A program made the position numbers and the translations under genes. Below the pieces are notes generated by a model, which was not told where the DNA came from, made no database searches, and was given only the letters and a program-made list of their open reading frames with translations. Positions 1 to 11,309 of a stretch of DNA of 64,000 nucleotides are shown in pieces. Position 1 is the stretch's first letter. Each line of letters opens with the position of its first letter. Source of the DNA: Macrostomum lignano (taxonomy: Eukaryota); NCBI GenBank assembly GCA_002269645.1, contig NIVC01000245.1, positions 620,001 to 684,000 on the forward strand. Reading direction: 5' to 3'.

Positions 1-360
1 CCTAGTTGGTGCTCATTGGCTGGCAGCTCCCATTTGACCTTGAGAGGCGAGATGCTAGGATTCTCCCTCCCCCCGATGCTCATTGGCTGGCAGTTCCCAT
101 TTGACCTTGAGAGGCGAGATGCTAGGATTCTCCCCCCCCCCGATGCTGATTGGCTGGCAGTTCCCATTTGACCTTGAGAGGCGGGATGCTAGGATTCTCC
201 CCCCCCCCCCGATGCTGATTGGCTGGCAGTTCCCATTTGACCTTGAGAGGCGAGATGCTAGGATTCTCCCCCCCCCGATGCTGATTGGCTGGCAGTTCCC
301 ATTTGACCTTGAGAGGCGAGATGCTAGGATCTCCCTCCCCCTCGGATTTGACCTTGAGTA
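1..360. repeat. Minisatellite, ~66-69 bp unit, ~5 copies (runs off window start)
   Basis: Unit gatgct(c/g)attggctggcagttcccatttgaccttgagaggcgagatgctaggattctc(c)n recurs at ~11, 77, 144, 213, 279; length varies in the C run. Confidence 0.95.
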
Positions 361-1075
361 TTCAATTCTGAAGCCATTGAACGTCAGAGATCACGCTATA
401 AGCAAGTGATTCTAGTCAGCTAAATGCGCTTTTTCTTCTGGTTCTTAGCCAAGGTCAACAATAAAGCAAATAGCCAAAACACCGTCTAGGGAACACGCAA
501 GTAATGCATATGGAGTCTTTTATATGCTTTTTAGAATATTTTCGAGCTCTCATGCACATATGCCGCATTTGGGAGGCTTCCACGCAAAAATTGAATTTTT
601 TTTAAATTCAATCATAAAAACCGAATTTTCTGTATAACCAAACCTTTCTATTTACAAGCGTAACTGGATGACACATCCCACGCATCTACCACAATAGTGT
701 TTTTAAACTGCTTAACCAAGCAAGGATTCAGTCATCGAACTTTTTGCGTTGTGAAATAAAGTAGTCTCTAAAAAATTGCTTTACATTGTATTCTATAGCC
801 ATACCAACACATAGGATATTGCGAGCTTCTCGATTTAGACAATGAATTTGTTTCCGATTTTGAGTTGCTAACCTAGCCAAACCCCATCTTTCCGTTTTAA
901 TAAGAGAAGCTCTGCATTGAATCAATCGAGTAAATGTGTTTTTGCTTTATCCTGAATTTTATCGGCTACTTGAACAAGTAGTGAATAGAGAGTTTTCATA
1001 ATGCCTTTATTTTCGATGTAAATGAAAAATATACGCCATTGGAATTCGCTCCATGGTTTATTATTCGAATATCAT

Positions 1076-1962
1076 ATCTACGGGAAGGGTGAGATTCTAG
1101 ATTTAGGCTACGGGAAGGGTGAGATTTCTAGATTTAAGCTACGGGGAGGGGGGATTTCTAGATTTGAGCTACGGGGAGGGGGATTTCTAGATTTAGGCTA
1201 CGGGAAGGGTGAGATTTCTAGATTTGAGCTACGGACAGGGTGAGATTTCTAGATTTAAGCTACGGGGAGGGGGGATTTCTAGATTTGAGCTACAGGGAGG
1301 GGGGATTTCTAGATTTGAGCTACGGGGAGGGTGAGATTCTAGATTTGAGCTACGGGGAGGGGGGATTTCTAGATTTGAGCTACGGGGAGGGGGGATTTCT
1401 AGATTTGAGCTACGGGGAGGGGGGATTTCTAGATTTAAGCTACGGGGAGGGGGGATTTCTAGATTTGAGCTACAGGGAGGGGGGATTTCTAGATTTGAGC
1501 TACGGGGAGGGTGAGATTTCTAGATTTGAGCTACGGGGAGGGGGGATTTCTACATTTGAGCTACGGGGAGGGTGAGATTTCTAGATTTGAGCTACGGAAG
1601 GGGGGATTTCTAGATTTGAGCTACGGGGAGGGTGAGATTTCTAGATTTGAGCTACGGGAAGGGTGAGATTTCTAGATTTGAGCTACGGGGAGGGTGAGAT
1701 TTCTAGATTTGAGCTACGGGGAGGGTGAGATTTCTAGATTTGAGCTACGGGAAGGGTGAGATTTCTAGATTTGAGCTACGGGAAGGGTGAGATTTCTTTA
1801 TTTGAGCTACGGGAAGGGTGAGATTTCTAGATTTGAGCTACGGGTAGGGTGAGATTTCTAGATTTAAGCTACGGGAAGGGTGAGATTTCTAGATTTAAGC
1901 TACGGGAAGGGTGAGATTTCTAGATTTGAGCTACGGGGAGGGTGAGATTTCTAGATTTGAGC
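1076..1962. repeat. Minisatellite, 30-31 bp G-rich unit
   Basis: Tandem ctacggggagggtgagatttctagatttgag and variants; explains ORFs 1022-1243, 1240-1575, 1911-2132. Confidence 0.95.
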
Positions 1963-2415
1963 AACAGGAAATATCGAATATAGCAGATCAGGCCGATAGG
2001 CAGGCCATTCAAGCCGGCAAACAGAAACCACAGCTCAGTCCCACACCGTTTCTTAAGAATGCGTTGGCTCTCTTTGTCTCTCAGCTGAGAGACGTTGTCT
2101 CACAGATTTTAGCTGCGTTTCATCGCGCTTAAGTCTGTCTGGTGTTTTTGTCTATTCAAAAATAGCAGAAGTAAAAGTCTGGAAGGAATTGGTCACGAGG
2201 ATTGGGAGGTGCTGCTTTGTTAATTGTTCTGCCTTGCCTAAGCTAACACGGCGTCGCCATGAAAATTGGGAATCCAGCGCCGCCATGGGGTGTCCTTTTG
2301 TGTTTCAGATGGCTTTGTTCGTGCGCTGGTTTAAAAGTTTTGAAAACATCGGGGAGGAGGGGACGGCTGGGCTGGGGCGTGGCTTTGTGAAGTAAAGAGG
2401 GGAATGGAGAGAAGA

Positions 2416-2757
2416 GGCAGGGAGTCAGAGAGGGGCAGGGAGTCAGAGAGGGGCAGGGAGTCAGAGAGGGGCAGGGAGTCAGAGAGGGGCAGGGAGTCAG
2501 AGAGGGGCAGGGAGTCAGAGAGGGGCAGGGAGTCAGAGAGGGGCAGGGAGTCAGAGAGGGGCAGGGAGTCAGAGAGGGGCAGGGAGTCAGAGGGGGCAGG
2601 GAGTCAGAGAGGGGCAGGGAGTCAGAGAGGGGCAGGGAGTCAGAGAGGGCAGGGAGTCAGAGAGGGCAGGGAGTCAGAGAGGGCAGGGAGTCAGAGAGGG
2701 GCAGGGAGTCAGAGAGGGGCAGGGAGTCAGAGAGGGCAGGGAGTCAGAGAGGGGCAG
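2416..2757. repeat. Minisatellite, 18 bp purine-rich unit
   Basis: Tandem ggcagggagtcagagagg (RGRESE repeat in the ORF track). Confidence 0.95.
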
Positions 2758-2845
2758 TGAGACGGAGGCTTGAAAAAGAGAATGGAGGAAGCGGGACATT
2801 GATGCATCAAAGAATAGGAATTATAAGGCAGATTTGCAAGACAAG

Positions 2846-5800
2846 CACAGGTAGGAGGAATTCAAGTTAAATGCAAAAAAATTGCCCATAATCGGTTTTT
2901 TGCTCATGGGATAGAATTTTTACCCCTGATTCTAAAATGACCTCCCATGAAATCCTAACTGATTGGGTTCGCGAGATATGCTCATAATTAAGTTTTTACC
3001 ATAGATATGAGGCAGTCCAACAAGCAAAACTCGCCATTCAAGGATAAGTTGAATGTATTTTTTCCAAAACAGTTCTCACCACTGTGTATTCAATTTGTAT
3101 TGAGTGCATGTATGTTTAATCATCCTTTTTGTAGGGTAAAACAAAACAAAAAACTCAAGGCAACTTTGTTAAGTGTGCGATGTTACAACTGATGCTATGC
3201 TGTACATTCTTAGCGTAAAGAATTGGCCTCTTCTATATAAATAAGTTTGATTCTCTAAATTAGAGAAGATAACAAGTATTGTACAGTCTTCTAAGTCTAT
3301 TTACCACCACGATCATGAAATATGCAATAAAATCACCTGACGTATAATCGATAAAAATATGTACATTCAACCCGCCACCATTAAACGGCAAAAGGCAAAA
3401 TTTCGCTTGTGATCACACACACGATTTGCACATTATTTTTTATCGATCCCTTTATACCTAAATCATGAGCAGTTGCTCAATTTATGGTGATGTAAATGAG
3501 TATTTAGAGCATTTTAGAATATGTTGTTTCAATTGATCAACTGTCCAAACAAATTTCTTGTTTTTACTCATCAACTACAATGCCAAAGAAAAGAAACCAC
3601 GAAGAAAATCTCCAGGCACTGTGTGCCATGTGTCTTCGAAGAGCGCATCGCCCTTTGACGGAGCATCAGATTGAACTAATTCAATCTACAGTGTACGAAG
3701 GCTTCAAGGTAGAAAGACAATATCTTCCATCTGGCATATGTGACGGCTGCAGAAGGAAGCTTTCGTCTTTGTCCTGCCCAGATTCGCGACCTATTCCAGT
3801 CCTACTGGCGTATGACCAGATAGTTACCGACCTTCAGTCTCTGCCGCCTGCAACTCGTGGCAACCCTGACTGCAACTGTGAGCTGTGTAGCTTGGCCAGC
3901 TCACACAGGAGCAGCAGTGCAGTGCCAGACACCAAATACTTGGCCACAGGTCCACCAGCAGGCCGAGGTCGTCCTGCTGTGGCAGAGGCTACTGCGATTC
4001 AAAAACTCTGCTCGCATTGCATGTCACGGATCGGACCCGGCCTGGAGCATCGCTGCAATAAAACAACCAAATTAAAGAATTTGCGAGACAAAATATCTCC
4101 TCTTACCAAGCACCAGCTGGCTAGCTCAGTCATCAAGGAGTGTAATGAGGCTGCAGCAGGTGGTATTGTACTAAGTCAAACTGCTGGTAAACCTCTTCGA
4201 GTCAAGGTAGCCTCTAGCTCAGCCGCTGAACCTATAACAAGTGTTTCTAGGAAAGGACATATAAGCCACGAAACAATTTCGGCTTTGAAAGTCGGCCTTA
4301 GTTTAAGCAGCAAGCAGACTCTAAAGCTGGCCAGCATTCTTAGGTTAGGTGCAGGCCGGCATGTGATCGAGCCTAACCTTCGTGAAGAGCTGCAGAAGAG
4401 AGGCCGCTGCCTAACAAGCTTCTTCGCGTTAGTTCAGCTGCCATTCATACGTTCATCTGGACAGACTCAGGAGGTTTCGGGACCAAGGCCAGCCGTGATC
4501 TGCTCCGATCTTCAAGGTTTGCTAAATCATATTTGCACCGAGCGTGGCATCGAGAACAGCTTTGTCAAGATTGGAATTGATGGCGGAGGAGGCTCTCTGA
4601 AAGTTGTGCTGACTGTGACCGGTGAGTCTGAGCCTGCAGCATCGCCAGTAAAGAAGTTAGCCTGCAGCCGCCAGTTTCTCAACTCTGGTGTTAAAAAATT
4701 AATGATCATCGCTATTGCTCCTGATGTTAGTGAGACTTATCTCAACGTAAAACTACTACTGGACTCTCTGAATCTACAGGCGATTTCGTTTACTGTTGCT
4801 TGTGATCTCAAGCTTGCCAACATAGTGATTGGCTTGCAGAATCACGCGGCAATGTACCCATGTACATGGTGCGAGGCAAAGGCTCCATTCGCTGCGGATG
4901 GTCTGACGCGCACATTTGGCAGTGTAACAAAGAATGCAGCTGCCTTTTCCGAAGCAGGCAATGATTTGCGATCGGCCAAACTTTTTAAAAGCTGTGTTAA
5001 CAAACCCCTTTTGTCTGGTGGAGAAGATGAGCCGATACTCAACAAGCTGCCCCCACCTGAGCTGCATCTTCTCATTGGAGTTGTTAACAAGATCGTCGAC
5101 TCGCTTGAAGCTGACGGAGGTCATGTACTCAGCTGGGCTGCAAGCCATAACATCGGGCGCGCTGACTATCGCGGAGGATCATTCGAGGGCAACCAGTGCC
5201 ACGCAATCCTGCAACTAGCTGATGAACTGACGAGCATCCTGCCTGAGCGGCTGAAGCAGTTTGGTGAAGCCCTTCAATGCTTCCGTGAAGTGGTACACGC
5301 TTGCTTTGGGGAGAAGCTACAGCCTGAATATGAACAGCTGATTCAGCAGTTTCGAGAGTCCTACTGCAAGCTACCTATTAGAGTGACACCAAAAGTTCAC
5401 TGCGTGTTCGTCCATGTGGTCGAGTTTTGCAGACTGCATGGCAAAGGCCTGGGCACATTTTCTGAGCAGGCTGGTGAAAGTGCTCACCATGATTTCAGTA
5501 AAGTATGGCAAAACTTTAAGCGCCGGAGTGGTGACCCAGCGATGGGACAACAGCTTCTACAGGCCACGGTACAATATAATAGCTGTCATTTGTAATTGCT
5601 TGTAAAACTAAAAATGCTCAATGACAATCTATTTGAATTTACAGCTCAATATCTATTGCATTACAGTTTTCTGTTTTGGTTTAGACTTAGAAAGATTAGC
5701 CATTATCTTAAAAATTCTATAGGTAAATAATGATAATAATTATTAATTTGCTGATTCACTGTTTAAATTAAAATATATATTTTGAAATAGTGCCTGAACT

Positions 5801-6063
5801 ATTGCACACTACAAATTGAATTCACAGTGGTGAGAACTGTTTTGGACAAAATACATTCAACTTATCCTTGAATGGCGAGTTTTGCTTGTTGGACTGCCTC
5901 ATATCTATGGTAAAAACTTAATTATGAGCATATCTCGCGAACCCAATCAGTTAGGATTTCATGGGAGGTCATTTTAGAATCAGGGGTACAAATTCTATCC
6001 CATGAACAAAAAACCGATTATGGGCAATTTTTTTGCATTTAACTTGAATTCCTCCTACCTGTG
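2846..6063 (+). mobile_element. Chapaev-type (CMC, Transib/RAG1-related) DNA transposon, apparently complete, 3218 bp
   Basis: Termini CACAGGTAGG...CCTACCTGTG; near-identical TIRs of ~250 bp (2846-~3099 vs ~5810-6063, a few mismatches); 4-bp TSD CAAG (2842-2845 and 6064-6067); single internal transposase ORF. CAC..GTG ends with a 4-bp TSD match the described Chapaev group. Confidence 0.88.
3580..5595 (+). CDS. Transposase, Chapaev/Transib/RAG1-core-like DDE(D), 671 aa
   Basis: Uninterrupted ORF inside the TIRs. N-terminal H-x7-CxxC...P-x2-IC-x2-C zinc finger (Chapa-like); core motifs KIGIDGGG, CDLK, YPCTWC, LHLLIG, FEGNQC, TPKVH, SEQAGESAHH are collinear with RAG1/Transib catalytic and ZnB motifs. 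Confidence 0.9.
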   Translation: MPKKRNHEENLQALCAMCLRRAHRPLTEHQIELIQSTVYEGFKVERQYLPSGICDGCRRKLSSLSCPDSRPIPVLLAYDQIVTDLQSLPPATRGNPDCNCELCSLASSHRSSSAVPDTKYLATGPPAGRGRPAVAEATAIQKLCSHCMSRIGPGLEHRCNKTTKLKNLRDKISPLTKHQLASSVIKECNEAAAGGIVLSQTAGKPLRVKVASSSAAEPITSVSRKGHISHETISALKVGLSLSSKQTLKLASILRLGAGRHVIEPNLREELQKRGRCLTSFFALVQLPFIRSSGQTQEVSGPRPAVICSDLQGLLNHICTERGIENSFVKIGIDGGGGSLKVVLTVTGESEPAASPVKKLACSRQFLNSGVKKLMIIAIAPDVSETYLNVKLLLDSLNLQAISFTVACDLKLANIVIGLQNHAAMYPCTWCEAKAPFAADGLTRTFGSVTKNAAAFSEAGNDLRSAKLFKSCVNKPLLSGGEDEPILNKLPPPELHLLIGVVNKIVDSLEADGGHVLSWAASHNIGRADYRGGSFEGNQCHAILQLADELTSILPERLKQFGEALQCFREVVHACFGEKLQPEYEQLIQQFRESYCKLPIRVTPKVHCVFVHVVEFCRLHGKGLGTFSEQAGESAHHDFSKVWQNFKRRSGDPAMGQQLLQATVQYNSCHL

Positions 6064-6747
6064 CAAGAAATTAAAGACATAAAGAAGACGCAGACTACTC
6101 ATTAGATATATTCATGGCAGGACTGCAGGCTTTCAGGCAGGTGGCCCCCAAAACCCATCACATATGCTGCGGGGCGACTTCTAACTGTGCCAACAATCTG
6201 ACCATTGGCACTGGGGTGGGAAGCTCGGGATCCAAGTAAAAACAAGGCGAGATGATCCGTTTCCTTCCCTAGGAGCAGCTGCATCCATTGCACCTGCCGT
6301 CACCAATATTTTCTGCCTCTTATAAATTCTCTCTCTCCTTTTTCTGGCAATGCTTCTTCTAGTAGGAACGAATTTCCAAGCGTTCAGCAGTTTCGCATCC
6401 CCCTGTTCCTGGCTTGCGCCTCGATCAAGGACTCGCAGCAGAAGCAAATCCGAAAAGTACACAGATCGCAGCGCATTTCGGGAGGGCATACTTTTGCGTT
6501 GGCAAAAAATCATACTTTTTTCGAGGGGGAGGGCAGCTGCACCAGTTTTACTGCACCGTACACTGTGCGCCTCTGTTAAGTCTTTATGGCAACAACTGGA
6601 GTTAAAGAAGCGATGGAAAGAAGCGAGCCATTTTATACTGCTTTAAATTTTGCCTGGGGGCGTATAACTAAAATGGCTGCGACTGGGAGGTCACTGGTAC
6701 TGGCTCACCCTCCAGTTCCAGTCATCTATGTTCGCTCTCCCTTCTTG

Positions 6748-7104
6748 CCTCTCCTCTCCTCTCCTCTCCTCTCCTCTCCTCTCCTCTCCTCTCCTCTCCT
6801 CTCCTCTCCTCTCCTCTCCTCTCCTCTCCTCTCCTCTCCTCCCTTCTTCTCTCCTCTACTCTCCTGTCCTCTCCTCTCCTCTCCTCTCCTCTACTCTCCT
6901 GTCCTCTCCTCTCCTCTCCTCTCCTCTCCTCTACTCTCCTGTCCTCTCCTCTCCTCTCCTCTACTCTCCTGTCCTCTCCTCTCCTCTCCTCTCCTCTCCT
7001 CTCCTCTCCTCTCCTCTCCTCTCCTCTCCTCTCCTCTCCTCTCCTCTCCTCTCCTCTCCTCTACTCTCCTGTCCTCTCCTCTCCTCTCCTCTCCTGTTCT
7101 CTCC
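6748..7104. repeat. (CTCCT)n pentanucleotide microsatellite
   Basis: Direct reading, with occasional ctact/ctgtc variants. Confidence 0.97.
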
Positions 7105-7904
7105 TAGATAATATTCCAAAGAAGGCGCAAAGAAGCTTTATATATTTATAATTCTTTTCGGTCTCAAAAAGGGTGCTAATTCCTCCGACAAATATCCATC
7201 ACGCAATCCTGCTTATCTTGAATAAGTGTATGATTATATTTTGTAACCAGAGCAGGAAAAATATCACAGAAGCATTGGAAAGATAGGAAATTGAACAAAG
7301 TCAGTTAAGAAGTGCGCGATCTGAAACTCTCAAATAAAACTTCCACTAACACTGAGTTAATCTGAAGGATCACTTCCTTCGAAGAGAAGAGTTTGAGACA
7401 AGCCCGTGTCGCTCATCGGATTCCTTTTGCTGTCCCAGAAGGTCCAGTTTCTGTCAATCCATATTGTTAGTTTCAAGCTTTTATTCAGTTCACGGTTTGC
7501 TTGCCTGGCTTTTGAAATGTACTTTTATCAATGTTCCCGATTATCACGGCTGAACGACAACAAGATGAATGTGATCAAGACATGTTAGGACAAAATAATA
7601 CGTCGTACAACCCACGGAAAAGTACAGATGATCATAGGAAAATTCTATATTATTAAAAGGAGGTATAAATATGGCTGGTACAAATGTCAACAGAAAAGTA
7701 AAACCCAGCAAAGACACGTAAAACGTTGACAGCTGAAGTGGAAGGACTCAATACTCCGGTTTTTTAAGGAATTGATCGGGAGGTTAGTGAGGGACATACA
7801 TGAAGAGCTATTTGTCCTGTAGTAGCTAGTGAGTTTACTCGTATGCATGCACAGAGTTTGTCAAAGGCAGAATTCTTTTTAGTGCTATTATTCTTGCTGA
7901 ATAA

Positions 7905-8206
7905 TGATATATTAGTAATAGTTGATTACACCTCCAGACGTGCAACCGACAGCTCAGCCGCAGCTATTGCGCGGCGCATCTGAAGGCTGCGTACGGCTGT
8001 TCAGTCCAAGGACTGGGGGGTCGCCACACACCCTCAATTACCCCAGCTAATGCTGGCACCCATTTTACAGCTGGGTGAACTGAAGCAATGCAGAGTTAAG
8101 TGTGTCTTGCTCAGGGACACGAATTGTTCCGAGTTGGTCGAGAATCGAACCCCCGACCTCTCAGTCATGAGTCCGACGCTCTGACCACTTAGGCTAAAAC
8201 CCGAGC
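7905..8206 (-). mobile_element. tRNA-derived SINE with a conserved-type central domain
   Basis: Minus strand: A-box TAGCCTAAGTGG (8196-8185), B-box GGTTCGATTCT (8151-8141), then GTCCCTGAGCAAGACACACTTAAC...CACCCAGCTGTAAAATGGG resembling CORE/Meta/Deu-type SINE bodies; short AT-rich 3' end. 3' boundary approximate. Confidence 0.7.
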
Positions 8207-9614
8207 AAGGACAAGTGCAACCGGCTAAATACAAAAACATACCGAAAGGTGCTTATTAAGAGAAAGGTACATGTATGTAGGAATAATTAATCAGCTACGG
8301 AGGTCCTTGATACTAATGTGCCCAGGGCTTATAGGGGGGGGGGGGTGCACTTGAAAATATACTGCCAGCAGAGAAACTCCCCAGAAAATTTTCCACCCTG
8401 GCTTTCAATTTCTTTTCCTGCTGGCTCTTGGAAAACACCGCGCGGTCGCGTCTGCAAAAAGCTGCTGCTGGGTCTTAGTTTTCTCTCATTCTCAGCCTCC
8501 TCCACGCCCGACGAAGCAATGCCACCCGAGGGGAAAACCTGAGGTGAAGAAAGTTTGGAAGCCGTTTGTTAGAGCGGAGCCTTCTTTGCTGTAGTAATAG
8601 TTCATTGATTTTCAACTCACTCGCTTGCTGCAGTTCTGCAATCCTCTTTTAGACTATTGAAGGGAAAATAGTTGACCACGGGGAGGGGGTTTTGGGACTC
8701 ACATAGTCACCTGTCGACAGCCCAGCCGCTCCCCCTCTGAGCGTTGGCAAAGCAACCAGAGAGCAATTGTTGCTTGCTTGTAGAAAGGCGTATAGGTATA
8801 GCTACCAGAAATTGATTTCTTTGAGTCTGAATCAGATTCTCTGCTTCAATACACCTGTCAGGCCAGGACAAGGTAGAGCTTCTTGAGTCAGGTCGTAGGC
8901 TTACCTTAAAAGTGCAGAAAAAATGGTGCTTGTTTGATGATTGTTTCTAATTTTATAGGTGGCTTCTAGTTTACTTTGCTAGATGCATCTCATTTCAGCC
9001 CATCTCATCTCATCTTATCTTATGTTATCTTCATATCATTTCTTCTTATCTCATCTCATCCCATCCTATCCCATATTATCGTTAAGACATTCAGGGACAA
9101 CTAGGCTTAGACAACTTTGGAGAATCTGGATTGGAAAGTGCCTAAATTAAGTAATAATTTGTTTTCCACTCCAGATAGATGACTCTTTGAATTTTGCGTT
9201 CGCTGAGAAGGGTAGAAAATTAACAGATGGCTTATCTTATCTTGTCTGAGCTTATCTTATCTAACCGAGTGGTAGTTCACGCCCGTCAGAATTCCCTGCA
9301 ATTAACCCTCACGTTGTCCGTCGCGCGGCTAAATTAAAAATCAATTTTTGTCTCTAATTAGATAATGGAGATCTTTTTCTGACCAACGCCTCCGCTAAAT
9401 GCCCTCTGTTGCCCGAGTCAGTGGGCAGGAAAATTATGGGAATATCAGTTTGCCACTTGAGGTTCAAATGCGATGAAATACGAGAAAAGTTATACGATTC
9501 AAGGGGTATTTTTAAGAAATTTAAAAGGCGCTTCGGTATAACTAACTCAATAAACAGCGCTTGTAAAATGGAAATCGATAAGAGGAATCTTATAAACGAG
9601 AATACGAAGAGAAT

Positions 9615-10680
9615 TCTGAGAGGAGAATTCGGAGAGGAGAACTCGGAGAGGGGAATTTGGAGAGGAAAATTCGGAGAGGAGAATTTGGAGAGGAGAATTC
9701 GGAGAGGAGAATTTGGAGTGGAGACTTCTGACAGAAGAAGTCAGAGAAAATAATTTGGAGAGGAGACTTCAGAGAGGAGAATTCGGAGAGGAGAATTCGG
9801 AGAGGAGAATTCGGTGAGGAGAATTCGGAGAGGAGAATTCGGAGAGGAGAATTCGGAGAGGAGAATTCGGTGAGGAGAATTCGGAGAGGAGAATTCAGTG
9901 AGGAGAATTCAGAGAGGAGAATTCAGTGAGAATTCGGAGAGGAGAATTTAAATGGAAGAATTCTGAGTGGAGAATTCAGAGTGGAGAATTCGGTGGAGAG
10001 AATTCAAAGGAGAGGAGAATTCAGTGAGGAGAATTCGGAGAGGAGAATTCAGTGAGAATTCGGAGAGGAGAATTGAAATGGAAGAATTCTGAGTGGAGAA
10101 TTCGGTGGAGAGAATTCAAAGGAGAGGAGAATTCGGAGAGGAGAATTCGGAGAGGAGAATTCAGTGAGAATTCGGAGAGGAGAATTTAAATGGAAGAATT
10201 CTGAGTGGAGAATTCAGAGTGGAGAATTCGGTGGAGAGAATTCAAAGGAGAGGAGAATTCAGTGAGGAGAATTCGGAGAGGAGAATTCAGTGAGGAGAAT
10301 TCGGAGAGGAGAATTCAGTGAGAATTCGGAGAGGAGAATTTAAATGGAAGAATTCTGAGTGGAGAATTCAGAGTGGAGAATTCGGTGGAGAGAATTCAAA
10401 GGAGAGGAGAATTCAGTGAGGAGAATTCGGAGAGGAGAATTCAGTGAGAATTCGGAGAGGAGAATTTAAATGGAAGAATTCTGAGTGGAGAATTCAGAGT
10501 GGAGAATTCGGTGGAGAGAATTCAAAGGAGAGGAGAATTCGGAGGGGAGAATTCGGAGAGAAGAATTCGGAGAAGAGAATTCAGAGGGGAGAATTCGGAG
10601 AGAAGAATTCGGAGAAGAGAATTCAGAGGGGAGAATTCAAAAAGGAGAATTCGGTGAGGAGAATTCGGAAAGGATAATTC
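9615..10680. repeat. Minisatellite, 14 bp base unit (ggagaggagaattc) with higher-order variants
   Basis: Tandem GAATTC-containing units; higher-order blocks repeat from ~9930. Confidence 0.95.
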
Positions 10681-11309
10681 GGACACGCAACTTTAGTAAG
10701 AGGAATCAACGCGGGGGAATCAGGGGAATTCAGTATTAAGAGAAAAAGCAAGGATAAAGATATGGCGACATTCGCTCCATAGATTTTTCTGCTACGAGCT
10801 AATAACCAAACTCGAATTTGGCACGGCACAGTGAGCCTAATAACTGCAATTAGTGTGCGAGAAGCTTCCAAGATAATTTAGCCGACTCAAAATGGTTGTA
10901 CTCCGGAGAACACAGGCCCAAGACGTTGTTGAGGCCTTGGCATATATGCTCACTGTTTGCTCAGCGCTCTTTTTAAGCTTCGTTTGCACTTTTAACACTC
11001 TCTCGTCCTTCTCAGTCTGCCTAATCGTGTTCCTAACCTTGATGCCATTCGGAGGGGAGAGGGCCTTGGAAGCATGCGCTTCCTTGTAAGAGTAGAAAAA
11101 GCAAACTTGAACAAGGAGAAATGATTCGATCATTTTTTTCTATCATTAAATCGCGTTTTTCAGTTCGTTTTCTGAAAGAAACGACAGCTTTTTGTCTCAT
11201 TAGGGCTAAAGAGCATCTACTCCTGGCTAATGATGATCTGATTGCGTCATTTCGGCGAAGACAAGGTCGCTAACTTGTCTAAGTAAATGTCCCTTTTCTG
11301 CCTATGTCT

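Noticed and set aside
728-925. 65-aa minus-strand ORF loosely resembling a transposase C-terminus
   Set aside because: Too short, with no firm motif and no TIR found; needs a homology search.
2846-2881. Terminal heptamer/nonamer as true 12/23 RSS, or a ProtoRAG element
   Set aside because: Both ends have the same 20-nt spacing to the A-run, the TSD is 4 bp rather than 5, and no RAG2-like ORF is present.
8130-8206. Functional tRNA-Met gene
   Set aside because: Anticodon and acceptor stems do not pair well, and the sequence continues into a SINE-like body.
9301-9330. TTAACCCT piggyBac-like terminus
   Set aside because: No matching inverted end found nearby.
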